Shown one piece after another: positions 56,806 through 64,000 of a DNA stretch of 64,000 bases. Origin of the DNA: Spironucleus salmonicida (Eukaryota); assembly GCF_000497125.1 (NCBI RefSeq), contig NC_090599.1, positions 1,240,001 through 1,304,000 of the forward strand, in the 5' to 3' direction. Both the position numbers and the translations under genes were made by a program. Position 1 is the first letter of the stretch. The number at the start of each line of letters is the position of its first letter. The notes under the pieces were generated by a model. That model was not told where the DNA came from. It ran no database searches and worked only from the letters and a program-made list of their open reading frames with translations.

Positions 56806-57384
56806 ATGACCGCAACTACTCAAGTAAATGCGATTTCACTAAAAGGTTCTACAAAAACCGTTACTGAATATTTTGCATTTGCGATTAACTAAATTCTCTA
56901 TCTACGTTAGGTGTATCCTTCTAATTGCTTTACCACAAGGCCTGCATATGATTTGCAGCTCCCGGTCGCTTAAGATGAAAAGTTAAACGCTTACCTAACG
57001 CAGGTCCTTAATATTACCGCACAGTGGCTTATGACTGGATAGGTTAAGAAGATAGTTTTGGCTATTTTAGCAGGTGAGAAGGCGATTGAGTGCTGGGAGT
57101 TCAACGTTGACTCGGATACAGCTACAAATTCAGACGCAAAGCGTGAAATTCAGGCGGTGATGAGGCAGATCACTGCATCTGTATCATTTTTACCAGTTAT
57201 TAGCGAAAAGGTTATATTTGATATTCAAGTGCATGCAGATGAAAATGCTCTACCACCTCAGGGATGGGAAACCACTAAAGAAGCTTTGATTTAAGGTTAG
57301 AGTGTCGATTTTAGAAAGTTCTAGACCGGAGTACACTCTGTAGGCACTAGGGTTGTCTACGAGGAAAGAGGTGGCGACATTTGA
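56806..57384 (+). CDS. MAD2: Spindle checkpoint HORMA protein MAD2
   Basis: ISLKGSTKTVTEYFAFAINQILYLR, ECWEF, IQAVMRQITASVSFLP. Confidence 0.93.
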
Positions 57385-57460
57385 AAAATTTCTTTTTTTA
57401 GTATATATTAAGATTTTATATGATTTTAGTAATGTTGATTAGAGATGTCCCACTCCATTA

Positions 57461-60400
57461 ATGTCTGATTTTTTTGATTAAGAACCATCCCCAGTCATTA
57501 ATAGACGTAAAAATAGACGTAAATAACTTTCATCCGATAAGTTGTTAAATACATCTGATATTCTATCAGAAACTATACAAAAGGATTAATAATAAGATAT
57601 TATTTTGCCTCCACCTTCTATATTTTAAGCTGAAATCTAATAACTAGTATAACTGGGAGATTAACCATAACCTCCACTATCAACTTTCAATCCAGAACCT
57701 CAGCAGATCTAATAAAACTAAGATAATACTCTACCACCACCTCCAACGTTTAATCACTACCATTAGCAACCTTCCAATATACCAGTGCTTGTTCCACCAC
57801 CTCAATTTCCTGCTATACAATCTTCTCCAGTTGTAAAACATTTTGAAGAAGAGTAAATCCCATCTGTGGATGAAATCTAACGTGAACCTTCTGCATCCTT
57901 TGACTGTTTCGCACCTCATGCTACAATTCAAAAATAGGAGCATTCAACTTTTTCAGCAGGAGATATTTCTGTTTAATAGCAAAGGTAGTTTATTGTTACC
58001 GAGTTGTCGAACGAAATGGAGTTCGCAGATGATAAAACAGAAAAATAAAATGAAGCTGAAGTTGCGTCTTAATAAAATGAAGAAAATGAATAATTAAAAG
58101 GCACAGTGTAATAGTATAAATAATAAGTAAGTAATGCATAAATTCAAATCGCTGAATTACGAAAAATTGCAGAAGAGCTTAAAAATTCTAATTCTGTGTT
58201 AAACGAAACGAATATTGATTTGAATCATTCTTTATAAAATTTCTAACACTAGTATTAGGACCTTTCTAATCAGAATAGTAGTTTGTAATAAGAAATTAAT
58301 TCCTTATTAAGTTAGATATCAGAATTTGGAACTGGAAAATAAAGCGATCGTTCCCTTATAAGAAATCTTGAAATTTCATTAGAGGAAAGCTAGATGTAGC
58401 GTGATTAATTAGCATTAGAACTAAAATAAATTTAGTCAGTGCAGCAAGTCAAGCAACCTGTAGAACCATAATACCCATAACCTATAAAACGTCCAAAACG
58501 TCGAATCCGTGTTTCATAAGTTTTTGAAGATGTACCTGATCTATTTCCTCTCAATTTCAATACCAATGCATAACAAATATTATCTTTCCTTGATATTAAT
58601 ATAGCCAAAGAGCGCCAAACAATTCCGAATGCTCTGCCTACTTATAGAGCACTTACACTCGCTGCCTTACGCTGGAAGTTGATTTAGACTTCACCTGAAC
58701 TTGCATTTTTAAAATCCAGTGATTTCCTCTTCCAAGAACTCCTTTTAGAAGACTTCAGCGATAACCAAATCCACGGATCTGTTACACTAGATTTAGAGCC
58801 TTTGAATGATATAAAGCTCAAATTAGCTACTGGGAAATTCGAAGAGGCAGCGATTGCAGCTTAAAATGCTGGATTTTTCGGTGTTTCATAATTAATTGCT
58901 GGAGTCGAAACAGACGCTTAAAAAGTAGCTAGCAGGCTTCCCGAGTGTTGCAGCGAACTAATGGAGCTAGTCAGCATGTTCAGAGACTTAGATGGTACTA
59001 ACAAGGCACAATTTAATCCATACAATTCAAATTTCCATTCTAATCCTTAGTAGTTCAACGGAACGATTTAACAGCCTAATATTACCCACACAGCCTAGTC
59101 AAATTCAGATTCGACGCATTCTGACAATTAAAACACTCAAAATTCCAATAACAATTCAACTTTCCACTCCATTTCGCCATCAGTTCCCTTCCACACTCTT
59201 GCACTCACAATATCACAAATCAGCCACCTTTCATTTTCTGAGCTAAAATATCGATTTGCGAACCTCATTCAATCTGCGAATAACGATTTGTACCTTTAGC
59301 AAATAATTTTAATTACCGCTTCAATTCCCTGCCATTTCAACGCGAATTTTGAATTTTCGTTCCTAAAAACCGGAAAATCGCAAACTCCCTCAAAACCGAC
59401 TCATTTCCACTAGTTTTTGCAGAAAATGCAAAAGGAGTTCCAGACGCCGCCTTTAGAGGATTTCAGGCTTACCGAAATTTACGAGTTCACGTTTGCAAAG
59501 CAAAATTTGGGCAAAGTTGGATAAAGAATGTTATGTTCGTTTTTTACGGTAGAAAATAATTTAGACGATTTAACATATAATAATACATAATAAGCACCTT
59601 CCAATGTCCTTTCCTATTTATCGTTTTTCCCACATTTGTTGGCATTTAAAGCTGCTTTTTGCGGTCTGTCTAGGAAGTAGGCATAGCAAAGTAAATAAAT
59701 AGCGAGATAAGCGCTTTTTTATGCTGAAATTTTGATCAAAAATATCACCTTTTTGATTTAATTTTAGCCTGAAAATTTGCATGAAATGGAAAATGAAATT
59801 GAAGACGAATTCTCGGTATATGAAGTTGCAGTTTTGCCTTTGAAAATTACCGAACAAACTGTTAGATACCCTATTGTATCTGCTAGTTTCCAGATTTGGA
59901 CTGGAGTGGGAAGGGCTGTAAGCAGCTATAAGAAAGAACTAAAGAACATGTTGTAAGACAACTGTTCAAGTTTGTTTGCAGGTGATTAGAGCTAGATGGA
60001 TCTATTTTATGGTAAAGAAGTAGAAATTCAAGTTGATAAATAGGAGGAAGAGGAAAATGAATTTTTTGATGCAAAAAGTGAGGAAATGAGCGGTTTGGAA
60101 GTGAACGAGGAATTTGAAGTAGAGGAAAATCTGTTCGAAAATCCGTATCTCGCAAGTGCTAGCTCCAAGAGGTTAGAGAAAGTAGCAACATAAGAGCTAA
60201 TAAAATTATAATAAGTAGCTGAAAATATTGTTTTTTAGCCTGTTTTCACGTCTGATTAGCCAGAAATTTAGCTCGAAAGTCCATGCATTCCAGAACCAGT
60301 ATTCATGTCACCATAAGTAGTCTCTGCGGATGAGCCGACATTATTTGCTGATTTTGCTGCACCATCACTCCCCGTGATTCCTTAAGCAAACCAGGAGCAA

Positions 60401-60721
60401 GTTTAGCTTACGAAAGAGAGCTCTTAAAATGACTTTTTCGCTCCTTCAACATCTAAAAGCTCCAAAAATGAAATCAAAGACGACAAGAAACAAGAAGAAA
60501 CCATTAAAGCAGATCCTGGGAAGAAGCTCAGTAAAAAATGGTCAAGCGTATATAAACGGTGGGTTATGGTCGGCGAGGATGGCAAGGAAATTGCACCAGA
60601 AGAGGACGCAATTCCACCACCACCTCCAAGTTTGGGCGTTCCCCCTCCTTCAATTGGAAGATAGGAGCAGTAGACGTAATAAAGAAGGGGTGCCGCTGGC
60701 AGGTATAAGTCAGTTTAGTGA
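57461..60721 (+). CDS. SEC16: SEC16-like COPII scaffold (1086 aa)
   Basis: Disordered Pro-rich N-terminus, LATGKFEEAAIAA, LTEIYEF, C-terminal WSSVYKRWV...IPPPPP...GRY. Confidence 0.6.
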
Positions 60722-61211
60722 GGCGAAAATTTAAAGTTTTTGGTGCAAATAATGATAAATTTAATGTTTTAAAGCTCTTTTTTGAAGATACTATTTTCAG
60801 CAATATATTGTTTTTCCTGATAGTAAGATGTAGCTTGCAAGAGTAGAGGAAATAAAAATAAAATCTAGGATGAAATAAGGAATTTTATTTAGATTAATGA
60901 AGTAAATTAAGAATATTTGCTAATTGGTGCAAACTTGACGTAGAATATGGCCATAAAATATATAATTATGCAGATTAGCAATAATACGTGACTGAATGTT
61001 ATAATTTATAAATTTATAATATAATAAATAATCAGCAGGCCTTATCTATTTTTATTAAAGCAACGTAAAGTTATAATATCTAAAATAGTTAGTTTAAAAA
61101 TATTATCAAGTTATACTTACTATAATACAAATAAAAACTTAACTAATTATTCTAATATTACTCGGAAATATAGGAGATAAAATAAATTTTAGTTATTTTC
61201 ATAATAAGATG

Positions 61212-62024
61212 TCATCTCATTATTAACCATCCGCACAGCATAATATTTATTAGTAAAAAAGAATAAAATACATAGTTTTATCGTTAATTTTTATCATGAT
61301 CTAATAAATGTAACATTGATTAATAAATATTTTAATCTAAAATTAAGAATGAATTAATAGTGTTATTTTTCCATACTACTACACCAAATCCCGGCTGTAA
61401 ATTTAATATCAACTAAGTTTAACTATCAGCTATAGCTAAAACAAAATTATCATATAATTATTCAGGTAGAATTAAATAATCACAAATAAAAATTGGTATT
61501 TTATGAGATTAAACAAGAAATGAAAAATTCTATTTTGTAACCACATAATTTTAAAGCAAAGCATATTTGTATATATCTTTAACATCTATCTAGTTATTAT
61601 AAATAATTGATGTATATCCAGAATTAATTTAGAATAGTTCGCCTGGAAGCACTTAAATAATGGCATTGTATGATTAAAAGTAATTATTAAGCTATTCTTT
61701 AGGCACAGTAATAAATATTTCATTTATACCTTTAATTAAGCCCAGCCTAATAAAAAGATCTCTGAAATGTTGGTAGTCTTTCGGTTATTCAGAAACAAAT
61801 TAACATAAATCATCCTCTATATAAGCTATTGCTGGTACATTTTCTATATGAAGTTATTAACATATATTTCCTCCGTCGCAGTTAAGCTATAAAATAGGTA
61901 TATTCAATTCTTCAATTAATAGATTAAGCTGACTTCTCGGATAATCGCAAGACAAACATGTCGCTGAATATAAAAATAACATAAATGTAATAGGTGGATT
62001 ATCCATTAACTCTAAATCATTCAT
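61212..62024 (-). CDS. Thioredoxin-fold protein with C-terminal TM (270 aa)
   Basis: FLYSATCLSC, QLNCD...C...IENVPAI; hydrophobic C-terminus. Confidence 0.6.
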
Positions 62025-62067
62025 AATTAAAACTTTATTATTATATTATAATACTTGTATCAATATA

Positions 62068-62961
62068 ATGTCAATTATAAAAGAAACCTTTCAAACCGTA
62101 TGCACAGCTTTATAAACGTATGGAATTGATTTTTTAACTCCAAAGATAATTTTACAATCATTTAATGATTCTCCTGATCCTGTAGAACTAGTTTTTCGAG
62201 CTCTTTTAGAACTTATCCTAGCACATCGCTCTCTAACCCCAGAAGCATCTAGAAAATTCATTACAAATTCAAATTCAACCCTGTCAGATTTATTGTTCTT
62301 TCTAGAATCAGATCTTAACAAACTGGGGTTTCCATTCCCACTAATTTCGTCACTAAAGTCAGTTAAATCATATTCAAAAATCTCATCCAGGGCTCTGATT
62401 GCAGCTATATTTTTCATTTTAGCTTTAGATTCCCGTATTTGTAGTGTTCTTGACGATTTTAATTCAACACCTTTATCAAATTCTACTCGTCCTAACATAG
62501 TATCAAAACTTACTCCATAACAATAGCTTTTTTCAATTCATGCAAACTACAATCATATAATATAGGCTCTCCGGTATCACCGCTCCTTTGAGTCAACAAA
62601 AAGTTCTGAGAAACTTATTCGAGCTAGGCTTATTTTATCTACTTTTTATTCAACCTTAGCTAAGGGATTATAAGAATTAAAATTTCGGGAATGTGAGTTT
62701 TATAGTAGTTTCAAGCCTTTTAAAGGGCAATTTTAAGAAATTGACTGGGTCGAACAGAAAGTAGAGGGTCTACGCATGATTTAGGTTGGAAACACCTCAG
62801 ATTTACTTGATTAGAAAGTTATTTATAAAATCTTTAATTAGATTGTGTTGGAAGGTAGCCAGATAGAAAGCGAATTAGCATAAGTAAAAAATTAGATAGA
62901 GGCAGTTTTTGGTCAATTAGGACTAGTTGAACGGTTTAAAGTCAAAGGTCTTAAAAAGTGA
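62068..62961 (+). CDS. Hypothetical protein, possibly TEDC1-like (297 aa)
   Basis: Open frame ending AAGTGA; LNKLGFP and SSRALIAAIFFIL resemble the TEDC1 N-terminal domain. Confidence 0.55.
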
Positions 62962-64000
62962 ACTGAGTGTACTGTGATATTTTCTGTATTATATCTATCA
63001 GTTTATAAATTCATATGGTTGGTATAGTAAGTAGAATAGACTACAAAACTTTCAATGAATATTTATTAAAGGTATTATAAATTTATTTTTAGTAAAAATT
63101 TGTGAGATAAAATAATATCGAAGTTTAAAATGATACTTACATTTAAGAAACAATTGTTTTTAGAAATAAATTATTTTTTAACGAGTCTAATTTATGTTCT
63201 ACATTATTTTTAACTAAAATTTATCATAAACATCATGTTGAGTAAACTGCAATTAATAATACTTTTTGTTTAACAAAATTAAAACTTTATATTTAAAGTT
63301 CTGGTATATTTATCTCTAATATCTATAGTATTTGTTTTAAGTAGAAAGTGTAGTAAATTAAACCACTTATTCGCCACTGAATATATTTAGAGTGTCATCT
63401 ATTAATGTATTTATGCCAAAATAATAAAATAAATTATTTATCATCACTTCACTCCTACTTCAACTCTTCCCATTATACTAAAAATTCACCACCTAGAACG
63501 TCTGCAATTTATTCTGCAACATCACTATGAATAATACTTTCTATCCCTATTTTTAAGCTAAAATAATTACTTTTTCTACTAATTTCTAATAATCCTTCAA
63601 AACCAATTTTCTATTTTTTGCTATCAATACTCTAAATCATTGACTTGATAATTTTGATTCCTTATTTAGTTTCAAAACTTCTAGTATTCATCCTGCTATG
63701 CACATAACAATTGATAAATAGCAAAAAAGCTGGTGTTGAGTTCCGAAATTCACACAAACTTGAACAGTCAATTTTATCTGCTAGTTAATGTAATTCTTCG
63801 GAATCAGACTAAAAGCAAAAATTTGCTGATTCGAAATAAGCCTCATAAGGTAGGAAAGGAAGCTGAATTAAACTATTTAAATCTATTTTTGAAGTTTTCA
63901 AAACAGATGAAATTTATTCTTAACATTCCTCAAATTATACAAAATATTGAAAGACTGGAGTGTAAAAACATGTAAAAAATTTAATAGATCCTGAAATTAT

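Noticed and set aside
62091-62498. 135-aa minus-strand ORF in the track
   Set aside because: Antisense to a longer + strand gene that ends in AGTGA.
63235-64000. Possible gene at the window end
   Set aside because: All + frames checked are interrupted by TGA and show no recognisable motif.

Overview
Gene-dense, essentially intron-free eukaryotic DNA that only reads correctly with TAA/TAG = Gln and TGA as the sole stop (genetic code 6). Together with an alpha-giardin-like annexin, cysteine-rich membrane proteins, C-rich motifs before start codons and AGTGA stop motifs, this points to a hexamitid diplomonad such as Spironucleus (inference). The supplied ORF track uses the standard code and fragments nearly every gene, so I re-translated by eye. 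About 35 genes are supported: DUS3, RPE, a 1520-aa repeat protein, PUF6, an annexin, RPA2, RPB2, MCTS1, an RPN7-like protein, a short delta-COP, prolidase, NMD3, cysteine synthase, two SDR copies, CFAP206, MAD2, a SEC16-like protein, CRMPs and hypotheticals. The most striking structure is three inverted homologous pairs. (i) 4,573-bp near-perfect arms (42068-46640 / 48691-53263) around a bacterial-type cysteine synthase. (ii) A 373-bp identical block inside two otherwise diverged surface-protein paralogs (17798-18170 / 28750-29122). (iii) A ~97% identical copy of the RPA2 3' end (12845-13050 / 35031-35236). In (i) and (ii) the homogenised tract starts mid-ORF with an abrupt jump from ~22-25% to ~60% GC that decays in one direction, and (iii) is also GC-rich. 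This suggests polar, GC-biased gene conversion between inverted paralogs (inference). All product calls come from motif recognition only; no searches were run.
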